DNA of 64,000 bases, from contig JALVVN010000006.1 of assembly GCA_027023405.1 (NCBI GenBank), forward strand, positions 55,142 to 119,141, given 5' to 3'. Positions within the stretch are counted from its first letter, which is position 1, and the number at the start of each line of letters is the position of its first letter. The notes under the pieces are model-generated. The model ran no database searches. It was not told the origin of the DNA and worked only from the letters and a program-made list of their open reading frames with translations. Below, in pieces: positions 8,572-17,993 of this stretch. The DNA comes from Campylobacterales bacterium (lineage in GTDB: Bacteria; Campylobacterota; Campylobacteria; Campylobacterales; QNZT01). A program made the position numbers and the translations under genes.

Positions 8572-9653
8572 TTGAGATGATCACGCACTTTAGCGACGCA
8601 CTTTGGCAACTCTCGATCGCAATGGCACCCTATATTCTGTTTGGGTTGATCTTTGCAGGAATTTTACACGAGATTGTGCCTCAATCTCTCGTGAGTAAAC
8701 ACTTGGGAAACTCCAACATCTCCTCCGTCATCAAAGCGACACTTTTCGGTATCCCCCTACCCGTCTGCTCCTGCGGTGTCATCCCACTCGCCACCGCTAT
8801 CAAGCAGTCGGGTGCCAGCAAAGGATCGACCCTCTCCTTTCTCATCTCCACGCCCATTACGGGGGTCGATTCGATCTTGGCGACTTATGGGATATTTGGC
8901 GTGATCTTTACCATTTACCGCATCATCTCCTCGATGATCATCGCTATCTTCGCCGGTATCTTGACCAACCTCTTTGACAAAGAAGCACCCAAACCAAAAT
9001 TCACCGCTACCCTCTCACTCTCTCCGCTGACCAACAACACACAGTCAAGTTGCTGTTCGGGAAGTGATTGCGCACAGACCACAACCGACAAAAAACCCTT
9101 TAGCATCCAAAATGCTCTCAAATACGCCTTTGTCACCCTACTCGGCGATATCGCTAAACCGCTCTTTTGGGGACTTCTACTGGGAGCGCTCATCACCACA
9201 CTCATGCCCGAAAACCTCGCGCAAATGCTCCAAGATCACACATGGCTCTCCTACCTCATCGTCGTCGCAATCGCCGTACCGATGTATGTCTGCGCTACCG
9301 CATCGCTCCCGATCGCGGCGGGTTTGATGCTCAGCGGTGTGAGTGCGGGCGCGGCATTTGTCTTTTTGAGTGCCGGACCCGCGACCAATACCGTCACAAT
9401 GGGTGTGGTCAAAAAGATGCTCGGCACCAAATCGCTCGCGATCTACCTAAGCGTGATCGTCATCGGCAGTATCCTTTTTGGACTAGGGCTAGATGCCATC
9501 TTCGACGCCAAATCGATCAACCCCGCCTCATTGGTGCATATGGATGAGCATACGGGTATCCTCTCTGCCGTTAGTGCCGTTATACTATGGGGATTTGTGG
9601 GATATTTTCTACTACAACCCTTTTTCAACCCCAAAAAGAGTTGCTGCTCTTAG
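8568..9653 (+). CDS. Predicted permease, DUF318/ArsP-type (SO_0444-like metal or metalloid efflux candidate)
   Basis: A polytopic membrane protein with the intramembrane [13 protein letters not shown] motif characteristic of this permease family. It also has a Cys-rich central loop (SSCCSGSDC) and C-terminus (KKSCCS). The start overlaps the hemB stop (ATGA). Confidence 0.7.
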   Translation: MIEMITHFSDALWQLSIAMAPYILFGLIFAGILHEIVPQSLVSKHLGNSNISSVIKATLFGIPLPVCSCGVIPLATAIKQSGASKGSTLSFLISTPITGVDSILATYGIFGVIFTIYRIISSMIIAIFAGILTNLFDKEAPKPKFTATLSLSPLTNNTQSSCCSGSDCAQTTTDKKPFSIQNALKYAFVTLLGDIAKPLFWGLLLGALITTLMPENLAQMLQDHTWLSYLIVVAIAVPMYVCATASLPIAAGLMLSGVSAGAAFVFLSAGPATNTVTMGVVKKMLGTKSLAIYLSVIVIGSILFGLGLDAIFDAKSINPASLVHMDEHTGILSAVSAVILWGFVGYFLLQPFFNPKKSCCS

Positions 9654-9940
9654 GCACTCGCTTTGTCTTCTACTAATTGACCCGTAATATATTTATGCAA
9701 AACACTTTTGATAAAAGTTTGATATTTTAACCCTTCTCGTTCTGCTTGTTGCTTAATTTTTTCGAGTTCATCTTTTGAAATCCTAATATTCATCTTTGTC
9801 TCATTATTTTTCACATAATCTTTTGCTGCAGATTTGAGCTGTTTAATATTTTCAGTATCACTTTCAACTTTAGCAATATCAATACCACTCCATATTTCCA
9901 TATCTTGTTTCTCTTCAGCGTCTATAAAATTATTTTTCAT
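9650..9940 (-). CDS. BrnA/CopG-like ribbon-helix-helix antitoxin
   Basis: The 96-aa product has a C-terminal part (KMNIRISKDELEKIKQQAEREGLKYQTFIKSVLHKYITGQL) that matches the RHH pattern of BrnA-type antitoxins. It overlaps the remnant of a cognate toxin gene upstream. Confidence 0.65.
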   Translation of the reverse strand: MKNNFIDAEEKQDMEIWSGIDIAKVESDTENIKQLKSAAKDYVKNNETKMNIRISKDELEKIKQQAEREGLKYQTFIKSVLHKYITGQLVEDKASA

Positions 9941-10206
9941 TTTTCTTCTCCAATAATTTCTTATATTTTCTATTTGGATATATTGTTTTCAATACCACCT
10001 CTTGATCATTTTTAAGATAAGGAACAGCATAAGCATAGCCATTTAATTCAATTATCATAAGCCTTTGCAATGGATATTTTCCCTATTTGGGTGAGGTATA
10101 TCATGCAAAACCTTATCATTTAGATAGCATCAATAACCTGCTCAAAAGTTACTCCTCGTTGTTTAAATAACTTTTCATTTTTCTCTTGATTAAATACAAA
10201 ATCCAT
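9930..10206 (-). pseudogene. Frameshifted BrnT-like toxin remnant
   Basis: Three pieces lie in three different frames. (1) MDFVFNQEKNEKLFKQRGVTFEQVIDAI-stop (10206-10120). (2) LNDKVLHDIPHPNRENI (from 10123). (3) QRLMIIELNGYAYAVPYLKNDQEVVLKTIYPNRKYKKLLEKKNEK-stop (ending 9930). Joined together they read like one about 90-aa toxin whose end overlaps the antitoxin ATG. Confidence 0.6.
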
Positions 10207-10253
10207 AAATGATCATATCAAATTGTGCGCACAAAGTCAACTTTTTGTATTAG

Positions 10254-10413
10254 CCCAAATCTCGAAATAGAATTCTTTAAATTTATATCATGCTCTCATT
10301 CGTGGGGTTTGCATCAAATTTGAGTCGCACCCGTAGGTTCGGCGATAATTTTATGTAAAGCCCAAGGATGCGATGATGATACAAAGTCATGAATTTATAT
10401 TTCGAGATTTGGG
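10254..10413. repeat. About 160-bp element bounded by 16-bp perfect terminal inverted repeats of the CCCAAATCTCGAAATA family (copy b and inverted copy b')
   Basis: cccaaatctcgaaata at 10254-10269 is the exact reverse complement of tatttcgagatttggg at 10398-10413. The left 51 nt are 45/51 identical to 3308-3358. Confidence 0.75.
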
Positions 10414-10453
10414 ATTAGTCAAAAAGTTTTCCAAAAACCGCTATAATACTCTC

Positions 10454-11560
10454 ATGAAAAATCAAAACATAGTCGTCATCGGTGGTGCAAACTTGGAGTA
10501 TCTCGTGACAAGTGATCATGAGATCGTGCCAAATACTAAAAATAGCGTCACAATGGAGGAGCTTTATGCCGGAAGCGGTCTCAACTATACGCTTCGACTG
10601 CTCCGTGCCGGCGAAGCGGTCTTTCCGATCCTCTTTGTGGGGGATGATTATATCGGGCATCAGATCAAGGGGATTGTATCCAACGCTCTAAACATTGCAG
10701 ATGAAAGTATCGAAGCGTTTATTCAGAGTGAAGCATTTTTGATATCAGGAGTCGATACACCCAAATCGATCATTATGGTCGAGGGAAATCGCCGTACAGT
10801 TCTCAGCCATGACAAAAATCTTCAAAACCTTTTTCGTTCCTTCATCGAAGATCGCCTCAACCACACTCAATCAGTCTCGGCGCTCATCATCGGGCATATC
10901 CATAGCGACAAGCCGGCTATCACGCAAGAGATCGACAAGCTAAGCACGCTTTATGCGATGCAATACTTTCAAAACAGTGATACGCTGATCTACGCCAATA
11001 TCGGGGCTTCACAGATCACTCATGGTTTTGGATTTTGGAAGTCATGGCTTCCGATGCTAGATATTTTACAACTCAACATCAATGAGATGAAGCAACTCTT
11101 CCACCAACCGGATCAACCCCGACCCACGCTTCAACATATCATAACCATCCTAAAAACTCTCAATATCTCCGCCGTGATTACACTCGACAAATTCGGTGCG
11201 ATCGGATTGATGCGGGATCACTACGATACGCTCTTTTTAGCCCAACCCGTCGATCTAGGCGAGAGATTTGCCGATTCGACGGGAGCGGGTGATGCCTTTT
11301 GCTCCGGAATGGTATCGGTACTCAACGGCAAAAAAAACTTTTCAGAGAGTGACTTTAAAGAGGCGATGGAGATTGCACGAAGCTGGGCGGTTTACGCCTG
11401 TCTCTCGTACGGCGGGGCAAACCAGTGTCCGGATCGTGAGACGATCTCACTCTTTCATCAAGAGATCATCCAAGAGAGCGAAGTCCAACGCTACCATGGT
11501 GAAGGCATCAAAGATATTCTCTCGTTGGTAGAGGGGATAACTGCAAATACGCCATCCTAA
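10454..11560 (+). CDS. PfkB-family carbohydrate/ribokinase-like kinase
   Basis: It has an N-terminal IVVIGGANLEY motif and a C-terminal DSTGAGDAFCSGMV anion-hole/ATP motif. The track ORF starts at 10373 inside the repeat element, so the ATG at 10454 (MKNQNIVVIGG) is the more plausible start. Confidence 0.75.
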   Translation: MKNQNIVVIGGANLEYLVTSDHEIVPNTKNSVTMEELYAGSGLNYTLRLLRAGEAVFPILFVGDDYIGHQIKGIVSNALNIADESIEAFIQSEAFLISGVDTPKSIIMVEGNRRTVLSHDKNLQNLFRSFIEDRLNHTQSVSALIIGHIHSDKPAITQEIDKLSTLYAMQYFQNSDTLIYANIGASQITHGFGFWKSWLPMLDILQLNINEMKQLFHQPDQPRPTLQHIITILKTLNISAVITLDKFGAIGLMRDHYDTLFLAQPVDLGERFADSTGAGDAFCSGMVSVLNGKKNFSESDFKEAMEIARSWAVYACLSYGGANQCPDRETISLFHQEIIQESEVQRYHGEGIKDILSLVEGITANTPS

Positions 11561-11650
11561 TTTAGCAATCCAAACATAAGCTAGATGTACATAATTAAAA
11601 TCTAGTCACAAGTGATTTTAGATGAAGGGGGGGGGAATAGAATATAAAAC

Positions 11651-11678
11651 TAGAGAGCTTCTATAAAAAAGCTCTCTA
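11651..11678 (-). terminator. Stem-loop terminator between convergent genes
   Basis: A 10-bp stem tagagagctt / aagctctcta has an 8-nt loop. On the minus strand it is followed by gTTTTaTaTT, 10 nt after the stop of the 11689 gene. It may also serve the plus-strand kinase gene. Confidence 0.5.
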
Positions 11679-11688
11679 TAAAAAAGTT

Positions 11689-12009
11689 TTAGCAAGCAGG
11701 GATATTTCCACTACCTTTACCAAACTCATACATGAAGTCATGAAGGTGATTTTCTAGTTTCTTAAATTTTGGGCTCTCCAAAAAAGGTTTAGCATTTGGA
11801 CAAATTTTTTCAAGCTCTGATTTGAAAGCATCACCTGTAAGTTTTTTCCACTCTGCTTGTGTATGTTTACCTGCAACTACACCACCTGTAACACCACAAT
11901 CAGCTTTCATGAATTTTTGATAAACTCTTTTACCTTTAGCTTGATCTGCTGATGCTGTTGTTGTGAGTAAAGCCAATCCCATTGCCGCTAATACGATAGT
12001 TCTTTTCAT
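11689..12009 (-). CDS. Small periplasmic Cys-containing protein, function unknown
   Basis: It has a signal peptide (MKRTIVLAAMGLALLTTTASA). The ATG at 12009 follows an AAAGGA Shine-Dalgarno by 8 nt. The sequence looks cytochrome-c-like (GKRVYQKFMKADCGVTGG) but has no CxxCH motif, and it ends in a C-terminal Cys. Confidence 0.45.
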   Translation of the reverse strand: MKRTIVLAAMGLALLTTTASADQAKGKRVYQKFMKADCGVTGGVVAGKHTQAEWKKLTGDAFKSELEKICPNAKPFLESPKFKKLENHLHDFMYEFGKGSGNIPAC

Positions 12010-12121
12010 TTCTACATCCTTTCTGTTTTGATACACTGAATAATATACATAAATTGTGAACTTATTGTGAAGCTAAAATTATGTATAACATAAGTCTAAC
12101 AAATTATAAATTTATTTTTTC

Positions 12122-13540
12122 TTAAAATTGATAACGCACGAAGGCTCTAAAATTTTGCGCTTTGATATCTACACTTTCCGGTTTCACCCATCCTGAACAT
12201 CGAATATTCGGCGTATAGTCATGCTGTTCATAAGTATATCTCAATTGTCCAGTAAGATTTTTTAGACCCATAAGATGAAAATTCCAATATGCCTCATAAG
12301 CATCACCACGCACAGCCAGTTTAGACCCCATTACACTATCTTCCGCCCATGTCATAGGTGTCCAATACTTACTTCCATGGTTGTATTCAAACCCAAATTT
12401 ACCTTTTTGGGTGATCATATCAGGAATATTAAATCCTGCCCAAACAGAGTAACCCGTCTCATCGTCGGTACTTCCCAATAGTTCATGTCCGCTCTCCGGA
12501 CTATATTGTGTTCTTGCCAGTGAAAGGAAAAGTGTAGTGTCATCCAAAAAGTCATTAATCATGTCGCCTACACCGGTCATTTGGAAAGATATAGCATCCA
12601 GATAGGCTGTTCCGGAATCCGCAGAAACAGCCTTGGTTGTTGTATTGCGACCTTTTGTATTTAAAATAGAGGCATGCTCAAACATTGCTCTATACTGTCC
12701 ATTATCATAAAGATTTCCTAAAAATATGAGAAAGTCAACATTTTCATTGACATCACCATCCTCTTTTGCATAAGGTCTATATCCACCTTTATCATAAATA
12801 GTTTCTACGCCTTTCCCAGTATGAGCTCTACCGTAAACTGTTTTGAGATATGCTCCTGACAAATACTTGTCGAAATCTAATTTGATCATAGCACCATCGA
12901 CTTCCATATTTGTAATATGAGCAAGCGGTGAACCCGGTTCTGCATTTCCTTCTCTGAAATTTGCTAAGAAACCATCCGTTGCTTGCCGTCTTCCCACACT
13001 AAAAGAGTAAGGTAAGCCATTGCTAAATGAATCAGAGTAGACAAAGTAGGCTTGTCTGAATCTAATAAGTGTATCAGATGCTTTCGAGGAGGAGCTCCAA
13101 CCTTTAAGCGTAGGATCTTCAAACCCATATGCGTGACCACCCCAGACTCCATAAGCCGCTAACTGACCGGTAAAAGTCAGTTTGTCTGTAGGGGATGATT
13201 TCATGTTTAAGAAGAGTCTTGTTGCAAGTAGAGAACTATTCTTTTTGCTTGTTCCAGACCAATCTTGAACTCCTTTTTTCGTTTTAAAAAGGTATTTATC
13301 ATAATCATAGTTGATATAGTTATACTCTGTTCTAAAATCTGTGGTAAATTTAATATTGTCTTTCGCATCGTGCTGCTGTACTTTATTGAGTTGTTCTTGC
13401 ATCTCTTTTAAGGTTGCTTTTAACTCTGTCACCTGTTTTTGTAGATCTTGTGGAGCTTCTGTTGTACTATTTGTATCCTCCGCATGGAGTATAGATGTCA
13501 TCAGTATTGCCACAAGACTTAATTTAATTAATTTCATCAC
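12122..13540 (-). CDS. Outer-membrane beta-barrel protein (DUF3373-like porin)
   Basis: It has a signal peptide, an N-terminal coiled-coil (QKQVTELKATLKEMQEQLNKVQQ), then alternating beta-strand patterns ending in the aromatic terminus FRAFVRYQF typical of OMPs. Confidence 0.65.
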   Translation of the reverse strand: MMKLIKLSLVAILMTSILHAEDTNSTTEAPQDLQKQVTELKATLKEMQEQLNKVQQHDAKDNIKFTTDFRTEYNYINYDYDKYLFKTKKGVQDWSGTSKKNSSLLATRLFLNMKSSPTDKLTFTGQLAAYGVWGGHAYGFEDPTLKGWSSSSKASDTLIRFRQAYFVYSDSFSNGLPYSFSVGRRQATDGFLANFREGNAEPGSPLAHITNMEVDGAMIKLDFDKYLSGAYLKTVYGRAHTGKGVETIYDKGGYRPYAKEDGDVNENVDFLIFLGNLYDNGQYRAMFEHASILNTKGRNTTTKAVSADSGTAYLDAISFQMTGVGDMINDFLDDTTLFLSLARTQYSPESGHELLGSTDDETGYSVWAGFNIPDMITQKGKFGFEYNHGSKYWTPMTWAEDSVMGSKLAVRGDAYEAYWNFHLMGLKNLTGQLRYTYEQHDYTPNIRCSGWVKPESVDIKAQNFRAFVRYQF

Positions 13541-13821
13541 TTTTTCCTTTGTTTTAAAGTAGTTTTATTCTGATTGAATTTTTTCCATAAGAAGATTAAA
13601 CCTCTTCCTATCGATATAAATAAATAGACCATAAGGGTAATCACAAAAGGGTGCCATACCCCCAATGAACTATTAGGTAAGTTACGGAACTGTTGCATGG
13701 GATGGCTGATCCATGCATTAAAATGCATAGTAACTGCCAAAAAAAGAAAAATAGTAAAAAAAACTATTATCTCTTTTTTCAAGCGCTTCACTACATCAAT
13801 CCCCTCATCATGAGGTACCAA
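13537..13821 (-). CDS. Small two-TM membrane protein (hypothetical)
   Basis: Two hydrophobic segments (IIVFFTIFLFLAVTMHF, FVITLMVYLFISIGRGLIFLW). It overlaps both neighbours (ATGA overlap with the porin gene), suggesting translational coupling. The start is uncertain. Confidence 0.4.
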   Translation of the reverse strand: MVPHDEGIDVVKRLKKEIIVFFTIFLFLAVTMHFNAWISHPMQQFRNLPNSSLGVWHPFVITLMVYLFISIGRGLIFLWKKFNQNKTTLKQRKK

Positions 13822-15281
13822 TACATTGGTTTCAGAGCATACAGATCAAATGCCCACCATATCCATCTCGGTCTGCTCGGATCAAGCAGTGGGAATGATG
13901 GATCGATACCCTCATAGTTAAATTCAGCAAGCATGATTTCACCATATTGTGTTTTGAGTGGGCAAACTGTGTATCCGTCAAACTTTGCTTTTGGCTCTTT
14001 CCCTTCGATCACAGAGACAAGATTCTCTTCTAGGATAGGACCATGATGTCTGGCAGAACCTCCGGTTTTACCTTTTGGTACACCTAAGATATCACCAATA
14101 CCGAATACATTTTTATATCTCAGATGTTGCAGTGTATCAAAGTCACACTCAAGCCATCCCTTACCACTACCCTTGGTAATAGCTAGTGGTGAATTAGCAA
14201 CGGCATCGACTGCTTTCATTGGTGGCACAACATGAATAAAATCATACTTCATCTCAACCATCTCTTTGGATGTAATGATCTCATACTCTTCTAAGTCTTC
14301 ATCATATTTACCCTTTTTTTGGATAGTTGCTTCAAATGTAGCGACCTTGTTCTCCGGATCGATTTTCCGGAGTACATGATTAAACTTATCGGTAATATTT
14401 CCATACATCGGCGTGATCTCTTCTACCAAAGTCTTATTGTAAGCAGGTACTCCAAAGAGTGTTGTCCCCTTTTTACAAAAACTAAATTTTGCATTTTTAC
14501 TGACATCACTGCCACCGTCAGGACCGTTTCCTCTTAGATTGTCATCGCTAAGATAGAGGATCTTTTGTGGCGCACCACCACACTTGATAGGGGTATCAGG
14601 TTGTGTACAAATCACATGGATAGGATTTTCGGGGGAGGCAGCTTCTGCCGCCTTTCTCATATCTCTGAACCATTGCGCTGTTACAACACCTCCCTTTGCC
14701 GTTCCTGCAACCGGATCATTAAGATATACAGAAGAGATACCGTTCTTTCCGACAAGATCTTTGCTCATTCCTTCAATACGCTCATAATCATACTGAAGTC
14801 CTGTCGCTACGACAAGGTAGTCATATGAGATGTCGCCGTTTTTTGCAGTTGTTACTTTGTTGTTATCCGGATCAAATGTTGTAACTTCATCTTTTACCCA
14901 TTTAACACCACTTGGAATTAAATCTGCATTCTTTTTTTGTATATCGCTTTGAGTGTAAAGACCGGCGGCCATAAAGACCTGCCCCGGTTGATAGAGATGT
15001 GTTTCATTGGGAGCAATGAGTGTAATCTCCGCATTAGGTGCTGACTTTCTCAGTCGAGCAGTTGCCATAATACCGCCGGCACCTCCACCGACAATCACTA
15101 TTTTGACCTTTTTATCCGTAGAAGAAGAAGCCTCCGCTTTTGTGGGAGCACCCATAAACATCGCTGCTCCACCGGTAGCCCCCATTAATTTCAGAGCGTC
15201 CCTTCTGCTCATACCGCCTTCATTGATCAGTTGTTCATATGCCGCTTTTGCCACTTCATGTGCCTCAATTTTTTTGTCCAA
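13791..15281 (-). CDS. sqr: Tat-exported FAD-dependent sulfide:quinone oxidoreductase, type II (SQRDL)-like
   Basis: It has a twin-arginine signal (MSRRDALKLMGATGGAAMFMGAPTKAEA) and a Rossmann motif VIVGGGAGG. Redox-Cys contexts TPIKCGGAPQK and DGYTVCPLKTQYGEIMLAEFNY, and a C-terminal YWYLMMRG, resemble eukaryote-like SQR. A TTG start at 15281 lies 6 nt after GGAGG. Confidence 0.78.
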   Translation of the reverse strand: MDKKIEAHEVAKAAYEQLINEGGMSRRDALKLMGATGGAAMFMGAPTKAEASSSTDKKVKIVIVGGGAGGIMATARLRKSAPNAEITLIAPNETHLYQPGQVFMAAGLYTQSDIQKKNADLIPSGVKWVKDEVTTFDPDNNKVTTAKNGDISYDYLVVATGLQYDYERIEGMSKDLVGKNGISSVYLNDPVAGTAKGGVVTAQWFRDMRKAAEAASPENPIHVICTQPDTPIKCGGAPQKILYLSDDNLRGNGPDGGSDVSKNAKFSFCKKGTTLFGVPAYNKTLVEEITPMYGNITDKFNHVLRKIDPENKVATFEATIQKKGKYDEDLEEYEIITSKEMVEMKYDFIHVVPPMKAVDAVANSPLAITKGSGKGWLECDFDTLQHLRYKNVFGIGDILGVPKGKTGGSARHHGPILEENLVSVIEGKEPKAKFDGYTVCPLKTQYGEIMLAEFNYEGIDPSFPLLDPSRPRWIWWAFDLYALKPMYWYLMMRGLM

Positions 15282-15484
15282 AACTAGCCTCCAAGAAAAA
15301 AATAGCCATAGTATAGTACAAAAAAACTTAATGTATCGTTATAACTACAAATAAATATTATAAGAAGTTTTTATTTTTTCAAGATAGGGAGAGTAGCGAT
15401 CATCTAGGCTCAGAGAGAAGCTTTGACGATGCTCCTCCAAGTTCCTACCTCAAGGAACGATATTTTTGAATTTTTGATCGTGAT

Positions 15485-16828
15485 TCATCGTGATCCTTTT
15501 GGGCTTTTCCCTGCAAACCAAAGCCAAAGATATCCGCAAACTCCGGCAATCAGTGAGGCAGTTAAGATGCCTATTTTTGCCTGAAAGATGAGTGCTTCAT
15601 GACCTACAAATGCAAGATCGGCAACAAAAATAGACATCGTAAAACCGATCCCTCCCAAAAGCGCTACACCGAAAATTTGTTTAAGCGTGCTATTTTGAGG
15701 AAGCGATGCCAGTTTCAGTTTGATAGCCAGCCATGAAACACCAAAAATCCCTAAGATCTTGCCTGCTATCAGACCGGCTATAATTCCTAAGGATACCGGC
15801 TGCATGATCGTAGTGCCTATGGCGGAAAAATCGATACTAATCCCCGCATTTGCCAAAGCAAAAAGTGGAATGACGATCAGCGCCACGGGCAGATGCAGGT
15901 CATCTTCCAATCGTGCAGCGGGGGTGCTGATATAGTCGATATGTTTTTTAATTTTAGAAAGAATGGTTTTTTGTCGCTCATTGATACCTTTCTCTGGATC
16001 GACAGGATAGCGACCATACTCTGCCATCAAGCGCTTGGTATCGTTTACGAAATGTGAGGGGGAGCGTTTGGGAGTCGATGGAATCGCAAGTGCAGCGATG
16101 ACTCCTGCGATCGTTGCGTGGACTCCCGATTCGAGCATAAAAAACCATAGAAACAGTCCCACGATAAAGTAAGGCAATATTTTATGAATACCAAAAAGGT
16201 TGAATATTACTAAAATCAAAAATGCCCCTCCTGCAAAGAGAAGCGGTATCATATGGATCTGCTCTGTGTAAAAGAGTGCGATGACAAGCACGGCACCCAA
16301 ATCATCGACAATAGCAAGTGCAACCAGAAATGTGACAAGTGCGGGAGGTACGCGTTTGCCTAAAAGAACCAGTGCCGAAATCGCAAAGGCGATATCTGTC
16401 GCCATAGGGATGCCCCATCCCGAAGCTCCCTCTGTACCGTAATTGATAGCAGTATAGATGAGTGCAGGGAAGATCATACCGCCTATTGCAGCCAGGATGG
16501 GTAAAATAGCGACTTTGATATCGGAAAGTTCTCCGACTAGCACCTCTCTCTTGATCTCTAGCCCTATCATAAAGAAAAAGATCGCCATCAATCCATCATT
16601 GATCCAGTGATGCAATGAATTGCTCAACTTCCATTCACCGACATTGAGATCTATCTTCATATGAAAAATGTGGGAGTAACTCTCTGCAAAGGGTGAGTTC
16701 GCAAGTAGAAGAGCAATGAGGGTCATACCCATCAGCACCAATCCGGTCGTCGTCTGTGCGTGCAAAAACTGCTCAAAGGGGGTGGCAACCTTTTGAAAGG
16801 CTTTCTCCCATGGTGCGCGCTTATTCAT
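15485..16828 (-). CDS. nhaA: Na+/H+ antiporter NhaA
   Basis: A 12-TM protein with NhaA signatures: WINDGLMAIFFFMIGLEIKRE, GWGIPMATDIAFA and VALAIVDDLGAV. Confidence 0.92.
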   Translation of the reverse strand: MNKRAPWEKAFQKVATPFEQFLHAQTTTGLVLMGMTLIALLLANSPFAESYSHIFHMKIDLNVGEWKLSNSLHHWINDGLMAIFFFMIGLEIKREVLVGELSDIKVAILPILAAIGGMIFPALIYTAINYGTEGASGWGIPMATDIAFAISALVLLGKRVPPALVTFLVALAIVDDLGAVLVIALFYTEQIHMIPLLFAGGAFLILVIFNLFGIHKILPYFIVGLFLWFFMLESGVHATIAGVIAALAIPSTPKRSPSHFVNDTKRLMAEYGRYPVDPEKGINERQKTILSKIKKHIDYISTPAARLEDDLHLPVALIVIPLFALANAGISIDFSAIGTTIMQPVSLGIIAGLIAGKILGIFGVSWLAIKLKLASLPQNSTLKQIFGVALLGGIGFTMSIFVADLAFVGHEALIFQAKIGILTASLIAGVCGYLWLWFAGKSPKGSR

Positions 16829-16893
16829 CTTATACCCTTTTTATTATAAGTATACACTATAAAACTATATCTATGTAAATAACTCGCAAACTA

Positions 16894-17865
16894 CTATGCT
16901 TCGCAGAGCTCCTTCTCCTTGAGATTTTCGATGATATCTTCCAATACGGCATCTTCAATCTCTTGAGGGACTTGACAAGTGCCTGCTGCCATATGACCGC
17001 CACCTTCATAGTTGAGCATTAGATCGCCAATGTTGGCGCTAGAGCTACGGTTGATGATCGATTTTCCGACGGCATAGACGATATTTTGTTTCTGGAATCC
17101 CCAAATCTTATGGATCGAGACATTGCACTCGGGGAAAAGCGCATAAATCATAAAGCGGTTGCCGGGATAGATCGTCTCCTCCTGGGTGAGATCGAGTACG
17201 ACAACATTATCGTGTACTGTTGAACATCGTTTGAGTTGATCGATAAACTCATCTTTATATTGATTGTAGAGGTTGATGCGTTCTTGCACATCCGGTAGTT
17301 GCATGATCTCATCGATCGTGTGATCTTTGCAGTAGTCGATCAAATCCATCATCAGTTGATAGTTGGAGATGCGAAAATGGCGAAATCTCCCCAAACCGGT
17401 TCGTGGATCCATCAGAAAACTGAGTAGATCCCACCCTTGCGGATCGAGAATATCCATCTTGCTAAACATTGCGCTATCCGCCTTATTGGCAGCTTCTATC
17501 ATTTCATTGAATCGTTCCGGGAAAACCGTTTCGCCACCGTAGTATTGATAGACTACCTCCACCGCCGAGGGGGCGTCGGGAAGGATAATGTGGTTTTGTC
17601 GTATCTCTTTGTTGCGATAGGTTTCACTGAGATGGTGATCAAAAGCGAGGTGCACACCCTCTACATAAGGGAGATTGGTCGTGATATCTCTATTTGTAAC
17701 TTTAATCAAACCGTCTTGCATATCCTTTGGATGGACAAACTTGATTTCATCGACTAGATCGAGGTGTTTAAGTAGTACCGCACATACCAAACCATCCATA
17801 TCACTTCGTGTAATTAACCTAAATTTTTTATCTTCCATGATGCACTCCTTTTGTGTGACTTGCAA
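16894..17865 (-). CDS. DHH-family phosphoesterase
   Basis: It has DHH-family motifs (SDMDGLVCA, LAFDHH) and a C-terminal GGGHMAAG motif (DHHA-type). Confidence 0.7.
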   Translation of the reverse strand: MQVTQKECIMEDKKFRLITRSDMDGLVCAVLLKHLDLVDEIKFVHPKDMQDGLIKVTNRDITTNLPYVEGVHLAFDHHLSETYRNKEIRQNHIILPDAPSAVEVVYQYYGGETVFPERFNEMIEAANKADSAMFSKMDILDPQGWDLLSFLMDPRTGLGRFRHFRISNYQLMMDLIDYCKDHTIDEIMQLPDVQERINLYNQYKDEFIDQLKRCSTVHDNVVVLDLTQEETIYPGNRFMIYALFPECNVSIHKIWGFQKQNIVYAVGKSIINRSSSANIGDLMLNYEGGGHMAAGTCQVPQEIEDAVLEDIIENLKEKELCEA

Positions 17866-17993
17866 GAATTATCGACACAAAATAGAAGTAGTATAGATTC
17901 TTAATATAAATTTAGAAGAGAAGATGAGATAAATAAGAAAAATTGTTACATTGTGGAAAATTCAAGGGGAGCTCTAATATATAGGTGTTCCCC

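Noticed and set aside
11627-11635. A G9 homopolymer tract as a phase-variation switch.
   Set aside because: It lies between the 3' ends of two convergent genes, upstream of their shared terminator. It has no promoter or reading frame to modulate, so any length variation would probably be silent.
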